Notes under the pieces: generated by a model
Told to the model about the DNA's origin: nothing
Database searches by the model: none
Seen by the model: the letters and a program-made list of their open reading frames with translations, nothing else
Source of the DNA: Macrostomum lignano
Taxonomy: Eukaryota
Direction: 5' to 3'
Assembly: GCA_002269645.1 (NCBI GenBank)
Contig: NIVC01000099.1
Location: 558,001 to 622,000, forward strand
Length of the DNA stretch: 64,000 nt
Position numbers and translations under genes: made by a program
Shown here: positions 38,501 through 50,500 of the stretch, in pieces
Numbering within the stretch: position 1 is the first letter of the stretch
Layout: the number at the start of each line of letters is the position of its first letter

Positions 38501-41500
38501 TGCCTGCCTGGCAGCGCCTGTAGCGGTCCTGCTTGAGCTCCTGGCGCACCTGGGCCTCAACAGCTTGCTGGTGAATGGTAGCTGATCTGTGATTTGCCAT
38601 CTCAGTGTGGTTCTTACAATCCATCACTTTATTAGTAATTCGAAAGCCATTCTTCACACCATCGAGCACGAACCTGACACGGTCCTCCGGCATCTCGGTC
38701 CCAGCCAGCTCTTCCCGCCAAACCGCAAACACAAGGTCGCTCGACAACTCAGTTGAACTCGGGTCACATAGGGGGAGCTCCCCCGTGGGGGCACAGGAGG
38801 GCGACCCGACGGCAGACATTGAGTCCTGTGCCCCCACCTCGCACGCTAGTTTTTTGAAAATTGGCCCGGGTCCCCATCAGCGTGGGCTCGGGCTTCAGAG
38901 TGCGGCTGTGAGCACCTGCGGCACTGATGGGCGAAGCGGCAGTGAGTTCTGTTGCAGCCGCTAAGACTGTTGAAGTCGAAACAGACAGGTGGCTGCGTTC
39001 GCTTTTTAGGCGCTGTTGCGTTTATCATTTTTGTTGGTGCCATCAAGTGTGTTGCCACCAGACCCAGGTCTGCGCTAACAGCGCTCCACCGCGTTCCATC
39101 ATGCTGGAGAAGCCGACATTCGTCATCATATCTCATGACTTTAGTGCGATCGAAGCCTAAATCTAGCAGGTCACCAATTCTAGCGTTATGTCGGAGATGA
39201 TCGATCAACTCGGATGAATCGATTCTGCCATCAACAATGCGCAGCAGTTTGCCATCACGCAGCATTTGCACCAGTAAGTTACAGCTACCGGAGATGAAAT
39301 CGCCAAACGACAGTGACTCGGGACTGACGTGTCTCAACCTCTCTGGCCTTGCCGCTCCCACAACAGACTGGCTTCCTTGTCTCCGCTTACGCTCACTGAT
39401 AAAATCAACGACTCTGTACACCGCCGGCGCCTGAGCATGCGAAGTTGCAGCCCCAGCCTGCCCGAGTATACACTCGCCAACCAAATCATGCCACTCACCG
39501 GGAGTCTGATCACGTTCTCTCGCAGCCGCCGTGCCACTGTGACGCGCTTCAGCGAGCTCGGCTTCGAGCTGAGCCTCTCTTTTTTCCAGGTCCAGCAGCC
39601 GAATGCGCAGTTCAGTCTCTCGCAGCTGATCCTCGAGACCGCCTCCCGTCGCCGCCCGACCCTCGGCCGAGGCGCCCACCGCCGGTAGCATCTCGTCCTC
39701 AGGTGGAGCCAGACTTAGCTCGGGTGCGCCCGCATTCGTCGGTGATGTCTTGTCATCTTGAGCACGACGAGATGAGCCTCTGTCCTGCTCCAACGCCTGC
39801 CGCTCAAGCTCCTTGGCAATGCTGAGTTTTAGACGACTTGTTAGCTCTTGCTTATTGCCATTAGTAGGCAGGCCGCGCTCACTAAGGGCTTCTCGTAGCG
39901 CTTTGTTAGTTGCGGGCAGTACAAGGCTATCTGCCATGATTCAGCAAAAAAAAATTCAACCGTGAGCAACCCCGCGCAGCCACAAAGGTGGCGGCCTAAA
40001 TAGGCACGCGCACGCACCAACGCACCCACCACCCCACCAGACAGCCAGCACCCAAACAGCCCCCCTGCACTAACAGCGGTTAGCCCTCGCGGGCTCGCGC
40101 AAACCGATGCATTAGCTAACATGTACAAAGCATATCAGCAGCCAGACCATTGTTATGAGTTGGACCACTACTAACGATTCACCCCAATGTCTACATGCTG
40201 TGAATCCACAGGGTTGACTACCTGATTCACGTGGGAATTGTGAGAAGCGGTTCCGTCTGGCAGTGGCTCGACGGCACCCCAGTGCCCAGCAGCCACTGGA
40301 AGCTGGGCCAGCCGGGAGATGTCTATGGCCTGTGGAGCACCAGTCAGGCAGCGCTGGTGGCAGCGGCTGATGGTGAAAAGCAAATGTTCGCGTGTCAACT
40401 GGCGCAGGCGCAGCAAGGGTCCGGTACGAAAACCCAATGCAAGCATGATATTTTACCTTTCATCTTTAGCCACATTGAGCTATCAATACAAACTTGCTCT
40501 ATATGGCTTATATATGTTTATAGTTACTATTATAATTATTTAGCTCTTAAACTTGATGAAATTTTACTCAGGCAATAGTCGAACGCTGCAGTTGGGTCAC
40601 GTAGCATTTGCCGATGAAAGACCGAGTTACGGAGGAAGTTTCACGTCGGCCTGCGTAGCCCACGGAAGCCCGAGCACCAGCCGGTCCAAACAGCTGCTGT
40701 ACAATCGGCTGCACTTGATGGATGAGTCTCTTGGCCGATTTAGCATCAGCCACACGCAGAGCAGCTCGACCGCAATCTTTGCCTGCAGCGTCACCAGCGA
40801 CCTGCTCAGCGGAAATGCCGACTCAAGCATCCGATCCGTCTCTGTTGTCACAGCAAATAAAGGTTCATCAGGGTGTTGTTCTTGCAAGTGTTTTTATAGA
40901 AAACATATAAAAATATTTTTTTCCAGACTGCTTGAAACCCCTGCTTGGCCAAGACGGTTTAGCTCAGACGTCCAGCTTCCCATTCTCGGCTTCGTACTTC
41001 GATGCCGAAAGCTCTCATTTGGGAAGTGGAATGCGGCTGAGAGGTACGTTTCACTCGAGAACTTAGAATTTGACAAGAAATTTATGATGTGCAATAAAAA
41101 GAGTAATTTCGAGTCAGTTTTATGGAACGTTTTACAAGTACCATTGCAACAATGCGCACTTTGTCCAAAAACAGCCAACTGCCTGATAGCCCAAGGTGAC
41201 AAGGAAAACTACGTCTACCCAGTGAACGTCACAGCCTACGGTCGCGTGTGTCTGAGTACAGCCTCTACAGGAAATAAGAGAGACTATAAGAACTACTGTA
41301 TAAGTAGTGAGTAGAGTCTGTTGATTATTGTGGTTTTATCTAACCACTGTTGAAGGTACCTGACAACGGATCTTCAAAAATGGCAAGAAAAATTTTACTC
41401 TTTGCAGCAACGTTGACGGAAGCGCCATTTTGTTACGTCGACGTGTCCAACACGAAACAAAGTTGCATACTGCACAATTGTTGTAAGGATAATCTTTCTC

Positions 41501-44500
41501 TGACAATTAATGGATATTTCTGAGTTCTACTTTTAATTTACACAGGTAATTATTGAGGCAGGTATCCACAGTAAATAATTACCTCATTAATTACCTTTGA
41601 AATTCTAGTGCACAACTACAGTCCATGGAGCGCCAGCTCGCGAATGTCCCACAACATCGCCTATTTCAAAACCATCTACTTCAACGGCCAAAGGCTGCAG
41701 AATCTGAGCAGGACCAACCAGGGCTTCCTGCGGGTCATGACCGGCTCGCTGGCACCCGCTGTCGGCTCGCAGCTCCACAGTTTGGTTGTAGACTTCAAGA
41801 GCCTTCACTTCATCAATGGAGTGGACTTGATAGCAGGTTGGTGGCTTTTTCAAATAACTGGCTGCATTGTGATTCTGGATGTTTGCTATTCTGGGAAACA
41901 TTTCCCAACAACGTTATCTTGATACATGCGGTCAATTTCGAAGGGAATAATTCCAAAGGAATGCCAAAACCACTTGAAGCTATGGTAAAGCAGGACAGGA
42001 CGCTTTAGTTTCACTGAATTTTTCTCCAGGCCGTTTTAGTTGCAAGATGCACTACTGAGATAGACGTCCATGTTGCGTGTATTGAACTTAAGATGCATAG
42101 CACTCCATTTTCATAAGGGACCTTTTCATTTGATACAATCTAATAGCCAGCCCCGATGCACTTACAGCCGGCCTACAGCCCGGCCTCAGACTTTACGTGG
42201 GCAACTCTTGGCAGGCGTCTCTCGGTGACGTCACCTATGCTGACTGGCCCCAGTGCGGAGCAGCTGAGGTGCCGCAGCTCAGCACCGACTACAGCATCGC
42301 CTGCGTGACAGGCAGCCGGCCGTATCGATTTCTAGCTCTGATCCGTCGACGGGAGCTGGGATCGCTCAACATCACGGCGCTCATGGTGTATGGCAAAGAG
42401 TGTGAGTAACTTTAAAGCCGAATGCTTTGACAGGTCGTCGATTAGATGGTCTCATTTGTTGAAGTTGAAATTTGTGTAACAGCACAAAGTTTTTCTACGT
42501 CTTTGACGGGGTCCGCAAGCACCGCACCTAAATTGATGTCTAAACGTATTTCTAATTGTAGCTTTAGCCATTGAAAGAGTCTACTTGATTTAAACCCAAA
42601 AGAAGAATCAAAAGCAGCATTGGCAGGAAAGGGAATGCGCGGAAGCAACCCCATAAAAGCAACAGCTCGAATTAAAAGTGTATTTGGCATCACGAATGCA
42701 AACAGCGATGAAAGAAAATTGGAAAAATAAAAGTTTAAAGAAAAAAATTTGAGCTCACGCAGGCAGCCAAAAAACGCAGAGTCAACTGAGCGAGACGCCA
42801 ATTAAAGGGGTGACGGCGCAGAGGCTGAAGCCCAGCACCACCCCACGCACGCAGAGCCAAGCACCCCCACACAGCGCGGACAGAGGGAGAGAGAACGTAG
42901 GCAAAGCGACACAAGGCAGGGCAGAGGAGAGGGGTTTAAAACTTGTTATTGACTAGTCAAGACCAGTCACAAACCAACGCAATATCCCGAGATGTCACCT
43001 AACTTGATTAAAAAAGTTTTTTTTCTGCATTTTATGTTTACCAGGTATTGCATATAGGCCAGTGTATTGTTGATAGGAGCTATGCTTCGAGGCTCAACTG
43101 GTTGTCATCATAGAGCCGACATCAATTATTGAAAAAGTCGGCTGGGGTGTGCTGGGAAGATGGGTGGAAAACTTCCGCGGGGTCATAATTGATCGTTATT
43201 GCTGCTGCAGAGTAAGCCACTGGAATGGTCAGGCTAAGCCACTACAGTCAGAAAAAAGTTAGCGATAATTCACTGTTAGTGGAGGTTGATGGCTTTCCAG
43301 CTCTGCCGCTAATCAACGCGGGAGTCAGTCTATAGTTAGCAAGGGGCAAATTGTCAAGCCCATTTTGCTGATCCCTGTGCTTTGCGGGGGAGTTGGTCCT
43401 CATTGTCGTCAAGCGCTTCTAGATACGTATACAGAAGGAATGACTTATTGATTGTAGATTGGTACACGTGTTTGTGTCGTAATCAAGAACTATTCAGTTT
43501 AGGCTCGTAGTAGGACACTACATGCATTGAACATATTTATTTATTATATTATTATTGTGACGTATTAATGTGGCGGCCTCGAGAATAATCAGCGAAGGCA
43601 AATGAGTACGGCAGAGGCAATTTTGTAGCGGTAGCACTTGGCAATAATATCAGTTAATGCGACCAATGGCCACAGACTTAGTTTATTGGAACAGTTGTTA
43701 TTGTCAACAGAGAAAGGTCAAAATACAAGTTGGATTCGTAACGATGCACTGGCGGCTACACAACAATGAGTTAGATAGCTTAGGTAGTAGAAGTGGCGTG
43801 ACTGAGAGTGGCAGAGGCGTGGCCTAGGGCCGTGGCGTAGTGAGGCAGGAAGAGAAGGCAACCAAACAAGAGTGCCGGGCGGCAAGGGTCTACAGGCGGG
43901 GACGCAAAGCAAGGATCCAAGATAACCCCGAGCGCACGGCCAGATAGAACTGATAAAGAGCGGGCTGGGGGTGGGCGCTCGAGGAGAACTTTGTATAATT
44001 AATGCGCGGCTTTTCTATTGGCCGGCTGAGAAAAACAGAAAACAGAAATTATCGATCGCGCACTGTACGAAGGCTTTACAAATGTACGCAGCTTTTTAAA
44101 ATTCTTTGGGCACTACTTTAAGCAGACGCGAGAGAACGAAACTAATAATATTATAGATTGGTACCGTATGTCAAAACCGCCCTTGGCGGGGCTACTTAAA
44201 CTGACAACGTCACAGTATCTAATTATATTGACTATTCCTTTTAAGAGGCATGAACTTAAAATTCCGAAAAACAAAGGCAATTCAGGTATTGTAGTCCTAT
44301 TCTTGTACTTTTAACTTATTGATTTGGCAGTTATTTACTCGCAAATGAGGTATTTTGTGACGGTCCAACATGTAACATGCAAGGACCACTGTATATGGTC
44401 TAGTTGTGGTCTAGTGGTCCTTGTGTGTAGTGATCCTCACAATAGAACTTGGTGAAAATCATCGCTGGCTCCAGATCAGGTCCATTATTAATTTTACAAT

Positions 44501-47500
44501 TTTTTTTTCAAATCCGTCTGGCAAAATTGAATGAGCTGAGCAAGGAGTTTGGACGCTTTTCACACATTTATGGTCTATTCCCATCTGAATTTCAGACTAC
44601 TCCCTGGACGAGCGCGTGCAGCTTCGGCCCGAGTGGCTGCCGAACTCAGTGGTGGACACCTGTCGATCGGACAAGCCAGCTTCAATGCTTGACTGAGGCA
44701 GCAAACTCTGAAGGTGTGGCTCACCAACCAGACAGGCTACGACTTAGCCATGCTCAATGTAAGTGCCAATGCAGTCTTAGCAACTATATCTACCAGTGTA
44801 GTCATAATTGACTATATAACTAACTAAATCATTATCAAACACCTTCCAGAAGCGCTACATCGTCCACTTGTCTGGCAACGGAAGCAGCATCCGCCTGTCC
44901 AACTGCACCGTCGAGCACAAGGACTACGGTCAGCCTGACTTCGTCCTCACTTCACTACCGATGAACTTCACTGGAACCTCGAATCCGATTGTCTTTAACA
45001 CTGACGAGTTCGCCAACCTGAGAGTCACATGGGAGATGGATGAAGTCAGTGGAGCTATGAAAATATTCACCTTTATCGAGGGCCAGTTGCTAGGCGGCTG
45101 CTTTGACAGCGACTACAGGATCGCCGTGAGCCGAGTGGGCTACTCGGGACTGCAGGTTCCAACGGATCCCTACGCGACTGCGGAAGCATCTCCACAGGTT
45201 TGGTTTAACCAGACCGATTCCAGCACCATGGGGGCCTTCTCACCCAGCCTTCTGAGTTACCTGACCGATGGCCCCAGCTCCACGAGCAAAGTATTTATTC
45301 AGGTAAATGCGTGAAAATTGAAGCATTTTAAAATTGAAGTGACAAATTAATACAAAATTACTTGGAACGTCCCCTTCACATAATAAAGGCGCTTTTTCGA
45401 CAACGAATGCGAATATTCTCCGTTGCCTTGGGCGGTGGAGCTGACGTCACACAAGTTAGTGGCGCATCTAGCAGTGTGACAGAGTTCTCCGTGGCCACCA
45501 GCGAGGAAGGCAGCTTCTGGGAGATGTACCGTAGGGTTAGTTCTTACTTTTTGACAACAATAGTGTTTCAATATGAAGTGAGCGGTTTGAATAAATGTTT
45601 TTCAAGGCGATCATTCAAACTTTTAGTATTTTAGTATTTACAAGGACTTCAGTAAAACTCCAAAACATCAACAAAATTCTCGATTCCAATGATTCTAGAC
45701 TTTGCCAGGAGTCTTCGTTTCGCATCACGTGACGAAGTACCGCCTGCTGCCAGAGCCGACTGTGAAGGGCGTTCGCCTCTACCCGCGAAAGTGGCAGAAC
45801 GGACTCGAACTTCGCTGGCAGCTCTACGGATGTCAGGACGCTAGCAGCGGTGCGCACCATCGTGATCTTGCTGTCATGCATACGATCGATGCCTTAGCAA
45901 ATTTTATTTCATTCATGCCTTTAGTCCTAAATCCTTCAAAGTAATTATTTGAATGATTAAATCGCAATTCAAACTCTTCAGTACCATCGAGTCCGGTTTT
46001 GCTGTCTCGTTGGCACCCGACTGGGTCCAACAACATCACTCTGGGTAGTGCCGGACTGACCGTCGACGGAAACTTAACCAATCACGTGCTCTCAGGACTG
46101 TGCATCCGCGCGTCACCCACAGCCGGCCTGCCGTACGTGCATTGGCTGGTCAGCCTTGGCGAGCAGAAAATAATCAGCCACATTTTCATTGTTGACATGG
46201 TCGAGAGCTTGGGTTAGCTGAAATCTGTGTTGTTGTCCATTGTTAAACTTATTATCTACTCAAAGCAAATAAAAGAAAGTTAAGCAAAATCTATGCTTTA
46301 CTAATAAATATTTCAGCGAGTGTCCAGCAGACCATCGAAGAGATGCAGTCAGTCAGCGTTTTCGTCGGTAACAGCACCGACACTTCTTTAGCCAGCATTG
46401 TTGAAACATGGACCGGCGGATTTATGAAGAGCCACATTTGGAATGTGGAAGTTGATAGAGTGAGTGATGAACCAAATTTCCTGACTTTACACAGACGAAA
46501 CGAATTCTTTATTACAACTATTTCCGGCTAAAATCTATAGATTGCATCGGTTGCCGGTCTCCTAAAGCCGGCAACGCTTGGAGGCTTCTCGTTCTGCGAG
46601 TTTGAAGTCTACGGCTATCCAAACATCGGTGAGTAGCCATTTTGAACAGAGACGTGTTATTGAATCTTGAAATCAACCTGGTTAACTTAGGTTAACTTAA
46701 ACTTAAACTTTAAGGTTAACTTAAAAAATTGAATTTTAGCCGCGTACTACTATATCAACTCTGCAATCGGACTGGAGGACGGCAGAGTCCAAGTCACTCA
46801 GCTGGGAGTCGGACAGACCGCTCCAGTCAGTCCCTTTGACGGCTTCAGCCACCCGACTCCTTTCATGGCGGCGCTGAACCGACCGATGCTCGGCGGTCTG
46901 CCACCCGCCGCTTTCTTTCCTACCGATGAGAGCCGTTAGGCTTGGGATCCCTGGGATTTCTATAGTTTGGGGTACCAGGGATTTCTGCAGCTTGGGATGC
47001 CTGGGAATTCTATAGTTTGCGATCTCTGGGATTTCTATAGTTTGTGATCCCTGGGATTTCTATAGTTTGGGATGCCCGGGATTTCTTTATTTTGGGATGC
47101 CCGGGATTTCTATAGTTTGGGATGCCCGGGATTTCTATAGTTTGGGACGGCTGGGATTTCTATAGTTTGGGATGCCCGGGATTTCTATAGTTTGGGATGC
47201 CCGGGATTTCTATAGTTTGGGATGCCCGGGATTTCTATAGTTTGGGATGCCCGGGATTTCTATAGTTTGGGATGCCTGGGATTTCTGTACTTTTTCCTAG
47301 AAACGAACTCTGGCGACTGAAAATGCGCAAACGTTTCAGTTGGAACAACTGAGATTTTCCTGGAGGTTCAGCTGGACGTCACTCACATGATCTGCGGTCT
47401 GGTTTGGCAGGGCAGTGGTGTTTTCAGCGACCTGGCCGCCAACGGAACCAACAGCTACAATGCATTTGTTGCAACCGCTGAAATTTTTTATGGCAACTCG

Positions 47501-50500
47501 ACCAACTCGCTACAAGCCTACTCAGTGTACGGAGCGCTGGGACTCAGCACTGTGAGTTTTATTGCTCATTGCCCTCGAATCTTGCCAATTTTTAAACATG
47601 TGTTATAATATGCTTAGTGCAAATTGGTGTTCAAATACAATGAAGTTTATAAAATAATTCATTTGTTTGCAGACCATCGGCACAGGTCTGACAGACAGCA
47701 TCACACCCCATCGAATGTCACTCAGCAGCCCTTTTCTGGCTAAGGTTGTTCGGCTGTTGCCGAAGGCCTCCAAGAATCTACGGTTGCTTCGGTTTGAGCT
47801 TCTTGGCTATCCGGAAGGTGAGTGAGGCTGTTAAACTCAATAACCTATCAAGTGCTCATAAATCTGTTTCCCATTTGCTAGCTTTTATCCCGAGCTGTGC
47901 ACAGAATTATCGCATTAAAATTTAGACTGTAACTGGCTGGACTCATCAGAGGCAACAGTCAGTGCTGTGTCTTCCAACTCTGCTCAAATACTGCTATCCA
48001 GTCCTCACGTTGTGACGGGTTGGAGGCTTACCGGCGGCTCGGGAAATGCCACATTCAGCTTGAGCTTCATCAGCTTGCGAAATGGAAGTCTTCAGACCGT
48101 GAGAAGCGGTGATGCACCAAACGTAATCAAAGCTCGCTATCTATTGCATTCAGTTTCATACCTTATTGGCTCAATTTAATCTATAAGCGTTTTAAATGCT
48201 CCAGGTGTTCAACTGCAGTCTGGGCAGCGAGCAGTACCTCCCGCTGGCTGTGTACACCACAAAACTGTTCATCAATTTCTCAGACCCAGCTCAGCTAAGC
48301 ACTGCAATCTCGCTTCGCGGCTGTCGAATGGCAGGTAGGAAAACTAGTAGCTAGCTCCCACGCATACCCCGTTAATCCGAAGTGCATGGAGTACGCTCGT
48401 ACATGACTGTCTAAACAACTCACAGGGCGCTGCAACGCTCATATGCGACGTATCAAGTATCAATAAATGCTAATTCGAAATTATATCAAAATTTAAGAAC
48501 TCTGCGAAAACAAATATTTTAGCAAAAACCTGTTTAATAACAGCATTTTCTGGTAGAAATTTAAAAACATTTTGAAAATTAGGTTGCAATTATATTTTTT
48601 GCTAGCTTTGCTGCAGATCAGCTAGCTATACAAGCATGTCTCATGCAGATCAGCTAGATATGCATGCATGTCTCATGCAGATCAGCTAGATATACATTCA
48701 TGTCTCATGCAGATCAGCTAGCTATACATTCATGTCTCATGCAGATCAGCTAGCTATACATTCATGTCTCATGCAGATCAGCTAGATATGCATGCATGTC
48801 TCATGCAGATCAGCTAGATATACATTCATGTCTCATGCAGATCAGCTAGCTATACATTCATGTCTCATGCAGATCAGCTAGCTATACAAGCATGTCTCAT
48901 GCAGATCAGCTAGCTATACATTCATGTCTCATGCAGATCAGCTAGCTATACATTCATGTCTATACATGCAGATCAGCTAGATATACAAGCATGTCTCATG
49001 CAGATCAGCTAGCTATACATTCATGTCTCATGCAGATCAGCTAGCTATACATTCATGTCTATACATGCAGATCAGCTAGATATACAAGCATGTCTCATGC
49101 AGATCAGCTAGATATACAAGCATGTCTCATGCAGATCAGCTAGATATACATGCATGTCTCATGCAGATCAGCTAGATATGCATGCATGTCTCATGCAGAT
49201 CAGCTAGATATACAAGCATGTCTCATGCAGATCAGCTAGATATACAAGCATGTCTCATGCAGATCAGCTAGATATGCATGCATGTCTCATGCAGATCAGC
49301 TAGATATGCATGCATGTCTCATGCAGATCAGCTAGATATGCATGCATGTCTCATGCAGATCAGCTAGATATGCATGCATGTCTCATGCAGATCAGCTAGA
49401 TATGCATGCATGTCTCATGCAGATCAGCTAGATATACATGCATGTCTCATGCAGATCAGCTAGCTATACATTCATGTCTATACATGCAGATCAGCTAGCT
49501 ATACATTCATGTCTCATGCAGATCAGCTAGATATGCATGCATGTCTCATGCAGATCAGCTAGATATGCATGCATGTCTCATGCAGATCAGCTAGATATGC
49601 ATGCATGTCTCATGCAGATCAGCTAGATATGCATGCATGTCTCATGCAGATCAGCTAGATATACATGCATGTCTCATGCAGATCAGCTAGCTATACATTC
49701 ATGTCTATACATGCAGATCAGCTAGATATGCATGTCCGTGATACATGCATGTCTATTTTCCAACTTCTCTACCTGAGGTCAGCACAGGGATTCTCACATA
49801 GCCACTCGGCGAGTAGATTGGTTTGTTTATTATAACGCGAGTTGACAATGCGTGGGAGTAATTTCTGCCTCAATTTTCTGCGTACTACAACAAAAATGAG
49901 CCTTCCATCGCCTTACAAATGTTTCACAGAATGCCCGACAAATTCGCTACGCCACGGCCGCTTCTGTTACTGGGCGCCGTTTTCGGACAGCAACCGGCCG
50001 CACACGGTGGCAAACAGGCGGGTGGCTCAGAGCATCTGCCAGTCCGCCAGCTGGCTGGGCGCAGGTCAGCTGGCGCGCATGACAACCGAGACCGAGCTGC
50101 AGCTTTTCAGCTTCATTTTTAGGCAGCTGCAAAATAGGTTTGTAAATACGAACACTTTCAAACTGGCGTGCATGACTTTTTGATGTTACCTGTACATGGC
50201 GATATAATTTGTACTTGCGATCGCTTCAGGTCAGGGTCGGTTCGCATCAATCGATAAGCAAACATCAGAGCAAACTGGATAGACCTCCAAACCCCAATAT
50301 GTGAAATTATTAGCCAGGAGGTCGAAGGGTGTTAAGTAACAGGAGGGCGTAGCCAGGACTTTTCAATTAAAGGGCCTGTTTCTATCTTTGTCAAGCGCCA
50401 GCATCCCTGGGGACTGCGTAATGCGGCAAATAAAAATTTTTATCGCAGCTTTTGTCGAATCCATCGATTCGTGCCAGCCATTGGAAAAGGTAATCTATAT

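Larger units (their letters stand above)
35638..40115 (-). mobile_element. Ngaro-type tyrosine-recombinase (DIRS order) retrotransposon, near intact
   Basis: Split direct repeats in element order: A1 (40115-39946), ORFs, B1 (36036-35955), A2 (35963-35790), B2 (35719-35638). Contains gag, RT-RNaseH and YR ORFs; no methyltransferase domain seen. Confidence 0.93.

Noticed and set aside
36956-39825. Plus-strand ORFs overlapping the Ngaro element
   Set aside because: They are antisense shadows of GC-rich coding sequence with no motifs.
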